In this document: piece by piece, positions 21,378 to 30,759 of the stretch
Layout of the letters: each line of letters starts with the position of its first letter
How positions within the stretch are numbered: position 1 is the stretch's first letter
Assembly (NCBI GenBank): GCA_036803245.1
Contig: DAIRUQ010000002.1
Location: 10,723 to 74,722, forward strand
Source: Chloroflexota bacterium
Lineage (GTDB): Bacteria > Chloroflexota > Anaerolineae > UBA1429
DNA length: 64,000 bases
Direction: 5' to 3'
Made by a program: the position numbers and the translations under genes
Notes under the pieces: generated by a model
What the model saw: the letters and a program-made list of their open reading frames with translations, nothing else
Databases searched by the model: none
What the model was told of the DNA's origin: nothing

Positions 21378-22856
21378 CTAGCGCCCCGGGCGCGTTCGCC
21401 GGCTGGCCCGAATCTCTTCGAGGCGCGCATGCATCTCCTCGACCCGATCGCCCCGCTCGGTCGCGAGATTCCTGATTTGGGCCACATCCTGCGACAGATC
21501 ATAGAGCTGAGGTCCCGCAGCGTTGCCCAGCTCGATATGAGTGGTGGGGCTCACCGCCGGACCCGAATGCGGTGGGATGTAGGACCAAGTCCCCTGCCGC
21601 AGCACAGTCTTCCCTTGGGTCCCCTCGGTCACCAGCTCATGCCTCGCCTGTTCTGTATCGCCCAACAGCGCGGCCAGCAGTCTGATAGAGTCCGGCGCGG
21701 CGTCGTCCTCCAGGGAAACGCCGACCAGATCAGCGAACGACGCCAGGAAATCCACATGGCTGATCAACGCCGCACTGCGGCCCGGCGCCACCCGGCCTGG
21801 CCAGCGCAGGAGCATGGGAACCCGCGTGCCGCCGTCATACAGGCTGTACTTGCCCCCGCGCAACGGCCCCGCCGGCCGATGTGCACCGCAAAGCTCGACC
21901 GCCCCGTCGTCGTAGCCGTCATCAAGAACTGGTCCGTTGTCGCTCGAGTAGATCACCAGCGTATTCTCCGCCAGTCCGCTCACGTCCAGGGCGGCTAGCA
22001 GCTCGCCCACGCACCAGTCCATCTCGGCCAGAACGTCGCCGCGCGGCCCCAACTCGGTGCTCCCCGCGAACCGCTTCCCAGGGATGCGCGGCACGTGGGG
22101 CTGATGCAGGGCATAGTAGAGGAAAAAGGGCCCGCTACGCTGCTCTTGCACGAACGAGATAGCCTGCGAAAGAAAGACCTCGGCCATCTGATCGTCTTTC
22201 CAGAGCGCCGCGGCGCCACCACGCATGTAGCCGATGCGGCTCACCCCGTTCACGATCGCCATATCGTGACCATGGCTGTAGCGCATCGCCAAGAGCTCGG
22301 GGTTGTCGCGCCCCGTAGGCACGCCCGGGAAGGGCTTGTCCGGATCGTAACACACCTCGATGGGATCGTCAGGATCCAAACCAACCACCCGCCGCCCATC
22401 GACATAGACGCAAGGAACGCGGTCGTTGGTGGCCGCCATGATAAAGGAATGGTCAAACCCCACATCGAGGGGCGTGGGCGAGATCTCGGCGTTCCAGTCC
22501 AGGGCACCGTCGCCCAGGCCAAGGTGCCACTTGCCGACAATGCCGGTGTGGTACCCAGCCTGCTTTAGCATCGCTGGCAACGTCTGCGTCCCCGGCGCAA
22601 TGATCAGGGGAGCGTCTCCCGCCAGGATGGCCGCGTAAGGGTTTCGCCAAGGATACGATCCCGTCAGCAGACTGTAGCGCGAAGGGGTGCAGGTGGCCGC
22701 CGTCGCATAGCAGTGGGTAAAAAGCAGGCCCTGCTCCGCCAACCCGTCCAGGTGCGGTGTTGGGACGCCGGTGCCGCCATAGCAGCCGATATCGCCAAAC
22801 CCCACGTCGTCGGCATAGATGATCACGATGTTGGGTGGCGAGGATAGGGGGGCCAT
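21378..22856 (-). CDS. Sulfatase (arylsulfatase family, formylglycine-dependent)
   Basis: PNIVIIYADDVGFGDIGCYGG and CTPSRYSLLTGSYPWRN are the sulfatase signatures (C-x-P-x-R FGly motif). Start at MAPLSS with GAAGGAG RBS. No signal peptide is evident. Confidence 0.85.
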   Translation of the reverse strand: MAPLSSPPNIVIIYADDVGFGDIGCYGGTGVPTPHLDGLAEQGLLFTHCYATAATCTPSRYSLLTGSYPWRNPYAAILAGDAPLIIAPGTQTLPAMLKQAGYHTGIVGKWHLGLGDGALDWNAEISPTPLDVGFDHSFIMAATNDRVPCVYVDGRRVVGLDPDDPIEVCYDPDKPFPGVPTGRDNPELLAMRYSHGHDMAIVNGVSRIGYMRGGAAALWKDDQMAEVFLSQAISFVQEQRSGPFFLYYALHQPHVPRIPGKRFAGSTELGPRGDVLAEMDWCVGELLAALDVSGLAENTLVIYSSDNGPVLDDGYDDGAVELCGAHRPAGPLRGGKYSLYDGGTRVPMLLRWPGRVAPGRSAALISHVDFLASFADLVGVSLEDDAAPDSIRLLAALLGDTEQARHELVTEGTQGKTVLRQGTWSYIPPHSGPAVSPTTHIELGNAAGPQLYDLSQDVAQIRNLATERGDRVEEMHARLEEIRASRRTRPGR

Positions 22857-22964
22857 CGACCAGCTCCTTCTCTCTGCCTCGGCCCGTCTGGCCGAGACGC
22901 CTCTGGCAACGCGCTGCAACCTCATTCTACCGCTCGCACACGCGACGGCAAGGAGCGTCAGCCG

Positions 22965-24262
22965 CTAGATCAGGCGGATCGCTGTCTGGCGGCCATGGAT
23001 GACGCGGCAGCCGCTCTCCGTGTAGCAGACATCCTCCTCTTGGCCCAAGCGCACCACTTGGCCGCCCCACTCGGCGACCGGTCCCCCCACGGAGAGCTCC
23101 ATGGTAAAGGCATAGTTGCACTCGAGCGGCACATCGCCGCGCCCAGCGCAGTGCTCTTGTTCCCACGGCAAGCCGATCAGCGGCCCCGGCTCGTGCAGGT
23201 ACAGGCCCAGCGAATGCGAGTAGACCTTGGGCTGGGGGATTCCCTCACGCCTGGCCCGCGCCAAAATGCGACTCAGCAGCTCGTTCCCCGTCAGCCCCCG
23301 CGCGAACTCGCCCATGAAGACATCCTGCAGCCGAGTGCAGGCCCGCATTAGCGCGTCAAGTCCCTCGGGGGCGGCCGTCTCACCCGGCCGCAACACGTAC
23401 GCCGCTTGCTGATGGTCCGAGTTGAGCCGCAGGTAGCGCAGGCCTACATCGCAATGGAGGAGGTCGCCGGGGCGGATTACACCATCCTCCGTGCCGTGAA
23501 TCTCCTGGTCCGCCTGGCTGCGGATGATGCCGAAATGCGGCCGGAACGACACATCGAGCCCTAGGTCGGCACAGCGCTGCCAGTAGTGCCACACCAGGTC
23601 ATCGATGGTCGTCACGCCGGGAACGATGACGCGATGGCTGTAGCACTCGGCGATGATCGCCTTGGAAAGCCGCACGACGTGCTCAAAGAGCAGCAACTCA
23701 CGGTCGCTCAGGGTGGCCAACCAGCGAGTGACCAGCCTTTCCGCCGAGACCAGTCTCTCGCAGTAGGGCGACGGTAGCTGCTCACACAGCTGAAGATAGA
23801 GGTTGTGGGTCAAGCCGCCAGCCGCCCACTGAACGGCGCCGACGTTGATGCCGATGCGCTGGGGGTCACGCTCCGCGACGATCTCACGCAGCAACCGCCA
23901 CTGGTCGACCTCGACCTGTCCGCGGTAGGGCCAATCGTAGAGACCGCGGGTGTTGGTGCCTGACAGATTGATGCGTTCAACCCCTCGTTCCGGCCCGCGG
24001 TCAAAAAAGACCAGCATCTGCAAGATCGGGCACCAGGTATCCATAGGGATCAGGCTGGTAAACACGGGGTCGAGGTCATCCTCCTGGCACAACACGATCC
24101 ACATATCCAGGCCCGCCTCGCGCATGGCGACCGGCAGGACCTTGTCCAGCCGATCGCCCGTCACCTCCTGAATGATCTGACTCTGCTGCCGCACGGGCAT
24201 CACCCGGGGAAGGTTTCCCGGTTCGTGGTTGCCGTCGCTGGCGCTCGGTGTGCTGGTCATCA
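22965..24262 (-). CDS. M24-family metallopeptidase (Xaa-Pro aminopeptidase/creatinase-like)
   Basis: Start at MTSTPS with GAGGAG RBS. Pita-bread fold motifs (HCDVGLRY, YSHSLGLYLHEPGP, TMELSVGG). Confidence 0.75.
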
Positions 24263-24471
24263 GGCTGCTCCTCGTCTTGCGAGATACAAGTAAATCCTTG
24301 TGCTCAATTGTGACCGGGAACCGCCGAGGGCGCAAGCCCAGCCGTCGCCGACCCTACGTCTTGGCTCTACCGGCCAGGCGGTAACCGGGAGTGTCTCCTC
24401 CTCCGATTGACACGCCCGGAGATGGGCCTATGCTGAGTCTCGCCAATCACTGTCACCAAAGGAGGGCTATC

Positions 24472-27000
24472 ATGGGCGATAGCACGGGATCCAATAGAGG
24501 GCAGAAACCCACCGTACGCGCCACCCGTAGGCGGCGAACGACGGACAGCCAGGGCGCACCACGAGAGCGCGCGACCGCGCCTCGCAGGGAGGGCCGGCAG
24601 ACCCAGCGCACCACGTCTCAGCCAACGCCGGCCGGGAGCACCCAGAGCTCGGCTCCGCTTTCGGGCTTGGGCCAGCTGCTTCAGGGCGCCGCATCCTCAG
24701 GCGGAACGCGCCGTCCGCTGATGGGCCTTTCGCCCATCGTCATCATTCTGATCATCGTGTTCATCTGCGCAGCCCTGATCCTGTGCCGCTGCGGCGGCGG
24801 GTTGGGCGATCTGGCCGATCTCGGCCTGGGCATGGTCGATCAGGGCTCTGGCTCGCTGCTCCCTGAAGCGACGGTACCCTCCTCGCAGCCGACCGTCGCC
24901 CCCACCATCGCCAGCCAGCCGTTCGTGGTGCCGGCCGGTTCCGCCTCTGGCGACACCTGGCTAGTGATGCTCTACCAGGACGCTGACGACAAGATCCTGG
25001 AAAAGGACATCTACCTGGACCTCAACGAGGCCGAACGGGTCGGCTCGACTGAGAACGTGCGCATCGTGAGCCAGATCGACCGCTATAGCGGCGGCTATAC
25101 CGGCGATGGCAACTGGTCTAGCACGCGACGCTACTATCTGACGCAAGACCAGGATCTGACCCGTGTCGGCTCACAGCTCGTGGCCGATCTCGGCGAGCTC
25201 AACATGGCGGATCCAAACACCCTGATCGACTTTGTCACGTGGGCCGTGGAAACCTTTCCCTCGGACAAGTACGCGCTGATCATGTCGGACCACGGCATGG
25301 GCTGGCCCGGCGGCTGGACCGACCCCGATCCAGCGGTGCGCACGCAACCCAGCACGGCACTGGCCTCGGCGCTAGGCAATCAGCTCTACCTGGACGAGCT
25401 CGATGCTGCCCTGGCAGAGATCAGGCAACGCACCGGCATCGGCCAGTTCGAGCTGATCGGCATGGACGCCTGCCTGATGGCCCAGCTCGAGGTCTTTGCA
25501 GCATTGGCGCCTCACGCCCGCTACGCCGTCGGCTCGGAAGAGACCGAGCCCGCCCTGGGGTGGGCCTATACCAGCTTTCTGGGGGACTTGGCCGCCAACC
25601 CTGGCATGGACGGCGCCCAGCTCGGCCACCTGATCGTCGACAGCTATATCCGCGAGGATCAGCGGATCGTCGACGACCAAGAGCGAGCCGAACTGCTACG
25701 ACAGGGATCGCCCATGGGGGGACTCTTGGGCTTTAGCGTGCCCACGGTGGACCAGGTCGCTAGCCAGATGGAACGCGGCGTGACCTTGAGTGTGGTGGAT
25801 CTGGCCGAGGTGCCGGCGCTGGTGACCAGCGTCAACGACCTGTGCCTCACGCTGCAGGGGGCGGATCAGGCCAAGGTGGCTCAGGCCCGCAGCTATGCCC
25901 AATCGTTTACCAGCATCTTTGGTCAGCAGGTACCAGCGTCATTCATCGACCTGGGCAACTTTGTGGGGCTGCTCCAGCAGGCTCGCCTAGGTGGCACGGC
26001 CGACCAGGCCCTGGCCAACGTCTCGGGCGCGCTGCAGCGGGCCGTGATCGCCGAGACGCACGGTAGTGGCAAGCCCGGCGCCACGGGCGTCGCCGTCTAT
26101 TTCCCCAACTCGCAGCTCTATCGTACCGACGCCGCTGGTCCGGCCTCCTATGTCCCCATGGCCGACGCGCTCGCCCGGAGCTCGCTATGGGATGACTTTT
26201 TGGCCCATCACTATACAGGACGATCGTTCACAGCCGGATCTGTCGAGGCGGTGATCCCGGCCGAGAGCGAGGCTGTCACCGCTCCGGGCCAAGGCGACAG
26301 CTCGATCTCGCAGGTCCGGGCCTCGTCCTCGGTGGCCCGGCCTGGCGCACCGGTGCTGCTGAGCGCCGACATTGATGCCAGCAACTTGGGACATGTCCTG
26401 CTGTTTGCGGGCTACTATGACAGCGCTGCCAACTCGCTCTTTGTGATCGACATGGACTATCTCGAGAGCCCAAACACCCGCCAGGTCGACGGGGTCTACT
26501 ATCCCGTGTGGCCCGACGTCGAGTTCACGCTCGAGTTCGAATGGGAGCCTATCGTCTACTATATCGACGATGGCCAGGACTCTGTGTCGGCGCTCCTGAC
26601 GCCGCAAGACTATGGGGTCACCTTTGAGCAAGCGATCTACACGGTCGACGGCATCTATACGTTTGCCAGCGGCGAGACGCGAACAGCGCGACTCTATTTT
26701 GCCAATGGCAGACTACAGCGGGTGTTTGGCTTTACCGGCGATGGCACGGCAGGCGCGCCGCGTGAGATCCATCCAGAGACGGGCGACCGCTTTACCGTGG
26801 TGGAAGAGTGGCTCGATCTCGATGACCAAGGGCGCGTCATCGCGCAGGCGGTGCAGCAGGGTGGGACGCTGACCTTTGGCGATCAGATGTTCACCTGGGT
26901 CGAGCTGGACGCAGCCCCCGGCAACTATGTGGTTGGCTTTATCGCTCAGGACCTGGACGGGAACGCCAAGCAGGCCTTTACTCAGATCACCGTCCAGTGA
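24472..27000 (+). CDS. Clostripain-like (C11, clan CD) cysteine peptidase, membrane-anchored, with an Arg-rich disordered N-terminus
   Basis: ATG at 24472 with AAAGGAGGG RBS. N-terminal basic low-complexity stretch of about 80 aa, a single TM helix (IVIILIIVFICAALILC), then KYALIMSDHGMGWPGGW (His of the catalytic dyad) and ELIGMDACLMAQ (catalytic Cys) as in clostripain. A long C-terminal extension follows. Confidence 0.75.
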   Translation: MGDSTGSNRGQKPTVRATRRRRTTDSQGAPRERATAPRREGRQTQRTTSQPTPAGSTQSSAPLSGLGQLLQGAASSGGTRRPLMGLSPIVIILIIVFICAALILCRCGGGLGDLADLGLGMVDQGSGSLLPEATVPSSQPTVAPTIASQPFVVPAGSASGDTWLVMLYQDADDKILEKDIYLDLNEAERVGSTENVRIVSQIDRYSGGYTGDGNWSSTRRYYLTQDQDLTRVGSQLVADLGELNMADPNTLIDFVTWAVETFPSDKYALIMSDHGMGWPGGWTDPDPAVRTQPSTALASALGNQLYLDELDAALAEIRQRTGIGQFELIGMDACLMAQLEVFAALAPHARYAVGSEETEPALGWAYTSFLGDLAANPGMDGAQLGHLIVDSYIREDQRIVDDQERAELLRQGSPMGGLLGFSVPTVDQVASQMERGVTLSVVDLAEVPALVTSVNDLCLTLQGADQAKVAQARSYAQSFTSIFGQQVPASFIDLGNFVGLLQQARLGGTADQALANVSGALQRAVIAETHGSGKPGATGVAVYFPNSQLYRTDAAGPASYVPMADALARSSLWDDFLAHHYTGRSFTAGSVEAVIPAESEAVTAPGQGDSSISQVRASSSVARPGAPVLLSADIDASNLGHVLLFAGYYDSAANSLFVIDMDYLESPNTRQVDGVYYPVWPDVEFTLEFEWEPIVYYIDDGQDSVSALLTPQDYGVTFEQAIYTVDGIYTFASGETRTARLYFANGRLQRVFGFTGDGTAGAPREIHPETGDRFTVVEEWLDLDDQGRVIAQAVQQGGTLTFGDQMFTWVELDAAPGNYVVGFIAQDLDGNAKQAFTQITVQ

Positions 27001-27020
27001 CGTTGCGCCGGTAGGGAGGA

Positions 27021-27050
27021 GACGAGGCGGGCCTGATGGCCCGCCTCGTG
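27021..27050 (+). terminator. Terminator-like hairpin after the C11 peptidase gene
   Basis: GACGAGGCGGGCCtgatGGCCCGCCTCGTG is a 12-bp stem 20 nt after the stop. The following T-tract is weak (CGCATTTGG). Confidence 0.4.
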
Positions 27051-27122
27051 CGCATTTGGCGCCCTCCGGACCGGCAGCTTCAAAGTAGCCTCTCCGCGCG
27101 GCTCCAGGACCCCGGCATCTTG

Positions 27123-27151
27123 TTGACACTCACCGGCGCGCAACGTATTCT
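27123..27151 (+). promoter_or_regulatory. Sigma-70-type promoter (TTGACA-17nt-TATTCT) for the MoxR gene
   Basis: Direct read: TTGACActcaccggcgcgcaacgTATTCT, downstream of the hairpin that follows the C11 peptidase gene. Confidence 0.4.
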
Positions 27152-27193
27152 CAAGCTCAGGCTGACGCGGGTTCAACCATGACGAGGTGTGGC

Positions 27194-28138
27194 ATGGCGT
27201 CCTTGGCAGAGATCGGCAATCGCATCACCGAGAACGTCGAAAAGGTCATCGTCGGCAAGCATCGCGAGGTCCAGTTTGTGCTGGTGGCCATGCTCTGCCG
27301 TGGGCATGTGCTGATCGAGGATGTGCCCGGCGTCGGCAAGACGGTGCTGGCCAAGTCGTTCGCACGCTCCATCGGGTCGACCTTTAGCCGCATCCAGTTT
27401 ACGCCAGACCTCTTGCCCAGCGACATTACGGGCGTCTCGGTCTATAGCCCCAAGACGCGCGAGTTCGAGTTCCGTACCGGCCCGATCATGGCTCAGATCG
27501 TGCTGACGGACGAGATCAACCGGGCCACGCCCAAGACCCAGTCCGCCCTTCTGGAGGCGATGGAGGAGCGACAGATCACGGTAGATGAGACCACCTACCC
27601 CATGCCGGATCCCTTTCTCGTATTGGCCACGCAGAACCCGATCGAGTACGAGGGTACCTTTCCCCTGCCAGAGGCGCAGCTCGACCGCTTTCTGATGCGG
27701 ATCAGCCTGGGGCATCCCTCTCCCGAAGAGGAGATCGCCATCATGGACGCGCAGCAGCACCGCCACCCGATCGAGACCCTCGAGCAGGTGGTGACCATGG
27801 CCGAGCTGCAAGAGGCCCAGCAGGCCGTCCGCGAGGTCTATGTCGACCCAGTCATCAAGCAGTACATCGTGTCCATCGTCTCGGCGACACGGCACCACCC
27901 CGATATCTACCTGGGGGCCAGCCCCCGCGGCAGCTTGGGCTTGGTGAACACGGCACGAGCCCTATCGGCGCTAGAGGGTCGCGACTATGTGCTGCCCGAT
28001 GACATCAAGCGGCTGGCGGTGCCGGTTCTGGCCCACCGCGTCATCGTGAGCCCGGCAGCCCGCATCCGCGACGTGGACACCCGCGATGTGGTGCAAGAGG
28101 TGCTGAGCCAGACTCTGGTTCCCGGCACCAGCGCCTAG
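27194..28138 (+). CDS. MoxR-family AAA+ ATPase
   Basis: [19 protein letters not shown] Walker [23 protein letters not shown] Walker B/sensor, and a C-terminal MoxR-type lid domain. GAGGTG RBS. Confidence 0.9.
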   Translation: MASLAEIGNRITENVEKVIVGKHREVQFVLVAMLCRGHVLIEDVPGVGKTVLAKSFARSIGSTFSRIQFTPDLLPSDITGVSVYSPKTREFEFRTGPIMAQIVLTDEINRATPKTQSALLEAMEERQITVDETTYPMPDPFLVLATQNPIEYEGTFPLPEAQLDRFLMRISLGHPSPEEEIAIMDAQQHRHPIETLEQVVTMAELQEAQQAVREVYVDPVIKQYIVSIVSATRHHPDIYLGASPRGSLGLVNTARALSALEGRDYVLPDDIKRLAVPVLAHRVIVSPAARIRDVDTRDVVQEVLSQTLVPGTSA

Positions 28139-28287
28139 CGCAGGCATGGCGCCAAAGAGGCAGGACACAGAGCCTGGCCCCCAGGCGCCGACCGTATCCA
28201 AGCTCCCAATCCTCGGCCATTGACGCTCCGACGGGCGGTCTCTATACTCGTGCCAGCCCGATCCATGCACCCTGGAGAAGCGCAACC

Positions 28288-29517
28288 ATGCTAGAGATCC
28301 TCGATGTTCCTGACGGCGGCATCACCACGCCCGCCGGCTACCAAGCAGCCGGGCTGGCAGCTGGGCTCAAGCGCAGCGGGGCGCGCGATCTGGCCCTGGT
28401 GTATTCGGAGTCTCCGTGCAACGCGGCGGCCGTATTCACCACCAACCGAGTCAAGGCGGCGCCGGTTCTCTATGATCAACGGGTTCTCCAGACCAACGCC
28501 AGCGCTATCCACGCCTGCCTGATCAACAGCGGCTGCGCCAACGCCTGCACCGGCGCTCCGGGTCTGGCCGCCTCTGAGGCCATGGCCCGCCACGCCGAGC
28601 ACGCCCTGCACCTCGCTGAGAACAGCGCGCTGGTCATGTCAACTGGGGTCATCGGCCAGCAGCTCCCGCTAGACAAGATTACGGCCGCCCTGCCGGCCCT
28701 CACCGCGGCGCTAGGCGGCGATTCAGAGGCGGGGCTGTCTGCCGCGCAGGGTATCATGACCACGGACACCTATGCCAAGTCCTATGCCGTGCGCGTCCAT
28801 ACGGCGGCCGGGTCGTTCTCCATCGGGGGCATGGCCAAGGGGTCGGGCATGATCCACCCCAATATGGCGACCATGCTGGCCGTGCTGACTACCGACGCCA
28901 AGGTGGCCGCTCCCGCCCTGGATGCTGCCCTCCGAGCCTGCTTGGATAGCAGCTTTCACGCCATCACCGTGGACGGCGACACCAGCACCAACGACACCGT
29001 GCTCGTGCTGGCTAATGGGCGCAGCGATGCGCCACCCATCACCGAGCCAGCCGGCGAGCTCTACGAGACTTTTGTGACGGCTCTGCAGCGCGTGGCCCAG
29101 CACCTGGCCCAAGAGATCGTCCGCGATGGGGAAGGGGCCACGCACTTGGTCCAGATCGATGTGCGTGGTGCCACCAGCGCAGCAGACGCCAAGCGCGTCG
29201 CCAAAGCGATCGCTAACTCGCTGCTGGTCAAGACGGCCATCTACGGCCACGACGCTAACTGGGGACGAGTCCTCTGTGCTGCGGGGTATAGCGGGGCCGA
29301 GCTAGATCCAGACCAGGTGGATCTATGGCTGGGCGATCTGCACATCGTGCACGAGGGAAAGCCTCACGAGATCGACGAGGAGCGCGCGCTGGATATTCTG
29401 GCACGCTATGAGGTCACCATCACGGTCGACCTGCACCTAGGTACGGGCGAGGCGACGGTGTGGACGAGCGACCTGACACACCGGTACGTGGATATCAACG
29501 CCCACTATCGCACCTAG
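28288..29517 (+). CDS. argJ: Bifunctional glutamate N-acetyltransferase / amino-acid acetyltransferase
   Basis: 409 aa. ArgJ family pattern including the ATML autoprocessing site (HPNMATMLAVLTTDA). Confidence 0.9.
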   Translation: MLEILDVPDGGITTPAGYQAAGLAAGLKRSGARDLALVYSESPCNAAAVFTTNRVKAAPVLYDQRVLQTNASAIHACLINSGCANACTGAPGLAASEAMARHAEHALHLAENSALVMSTGVIGQQLPLDKITAALPALTAALGGDSEAGLSAAQGIMTTDTYAKSYAVRVHTAAGSFSIGGMAKGSGMIHPNMATMLAVLTTDAKVAAPALDAALRACLDSSFHAITVDGDTSTNDTVLVLANGRSDAPPITEPAGELYETFVTALQRVAQHLAQEIVRDGEGATHLVQIDVRGATSAADAKRVAKAIANSLLVKTAIYGHDANWGRVLCAAGYSGAELDPDQVDLWLGDLHIVHEGKPHEIDEERALDILARYEVTITVDLHLGTGEATVWTSDLTHRYVDINAHYRT

Positions 29518-29529
29518 GCAGGCGCGCCG

Positions 29530-30723
29530 CTAGGCGTTACCGCCAATGAGCCGCTTGGCTAGCTCCACATAGACTTGGGCGGCGGCCTGGAGATCTCGCA
29601 CTTTTACCTGCTCTTGGCTCGTGTGAGCGTATCGCTCTTCGCCCGGGCCAAAGCCGATGGTCGGCAAGCCCGCCACACCCGCCGTGTAGACGCCGTCGGT
29701 AGAGAAATCCCAGCGCGTCACCCGTGGCAGATACCCCAGGGTTCGCTCCACCACCGTCGAGGCCGCCGTCACCAGCGGATGGTTGGCCGGAGTGACCCAG
29801 GCGGCATACTCTTGGCGCGCCTGCACCTCTGCGCCCGTGTAGGTTGTGCCCTGGTACGCGTCTACGCGAATGGACGCGTCCACGCCCTCGCGGCTGACGA
29901 TACTGCGAAGCTCAGCGATGGCCTTGGCCTCGGTCTCGCCGCCAGTCAGGCGTCGGTCGAGATAGAGCGTGCAGGCGTCGGGAACCGCGTTTCGGCTGCC
30001 GGCCGTGCTGCGAATATCGGTCACGGCAATGCTGCCCCGACCCAGGAAGGAATCCTCGCCCAGTTGCGCCGCCAGGAGCTCGACGCCCACCACCACCCGT
30101 GCCGCCTGGTAGATGGCGTTCACGCCCTGGTCCGGCATCGAAGCATGGCTAGCTCTACCCCTTAGGGTGATCTCGAGCGCAATACGCCCGCGGTGCCCCC
30201 GCGCGATCTGGAGGTTGGTCGGCTCGCCCAACACCACCCAGTCGGGGCGCAGTGCATTTGTCTCGAGCACGTGCTGGATGGCCATCCCTTCGCACGGCTC
30301 CTCCTGCACAACCCCAACCAGGTAGCAGGTCCCGCGCAGCTCTGCCTTGGCGGATGCCAGCGCCTTAAGGGCATAGGTCATGGCGGCCAGCCCGCCCTTC
30401 ATATCGGCCGCCCCGCGCCCATACAGCACCCCGGCCGAGATATCGCCACCAAAAGGCGGCCGCTCCCAACTGTCGGGGTTGCTCACGTCGACCGTATCCA
30501 TGTGTCCCTCGAGCAGCAAGATGGGCCCGTCACCGGTTCCGAGCCTGCAAACGACATTGCCCAGCTCGTCGATGCGGACATCGTCGCAGCCGACTGCATC
30601 GAGCTCTGCGGCGAGGGTCTTGGCCAGATCCCCCTCCTGCCCCGAAAGGCTAGGGATCTGCACCAATCGCTGGGCAAACTCGGCCAGGCCTTTGCCATCC
30701 ACCTTGCTCTTGAACAAAGCCAT
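29530..30723 (-). CDS. M20-family metallopeptidase (ArgE/DapE-type deacylase)
   Basis: GHMDTVDV metal-binding motif and GRGAADMKGG of M20 peptidases. Convergent with argJ. Confidence 0.8.
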   Translation of the reverse strand: MALFKSKVDGKGLAEFAQRLVQIPSLSGQEGDLAKTLAAELDAVGCDDVRIDELGNVVCRLGTGDGPILLLEGHMDTVDVSNPDSWERPPFGGDISAGVLYGRGAADMKGGLAAMTYALKALASAKAELRGTCYLVGVVQEEPCEGMAIQHVLETNALRPDWVVLGEPTNLQIARGHRGRIALEITLRGRASHASMPDQGVNAIYQAARVVVGVELLAAQLGEDSFLGRGSIAVTDIRSTAGSRNAVPDACTLYLDRRLTGGETEAKAIAELRSIVSREGVDASIRVDAYQGTTYTGAEVQARQEYAAWVTPANHPLVTAASTVVERTLGYLPRVTRWDFSTDGVYTAGVAGLPTIGFGPGEERYAHTSQEQVKVRDLQAAAQVYVELAKRLIGGNA

Positions 30724-30759
30724 ACGGTTGCTGTCTTCCTTCCCTCAGCGCGCGCTCAG

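Noticed and set aside
21353-21502. Longer N-terminal extension of the MBL hydrolase ORF
   Set aside because: It would overlap the sulfatase coding sequence by more than 50 nt. The GTG at 21352 yields a canonical lipoprotein signal peptide and has a purine-rich RBS.
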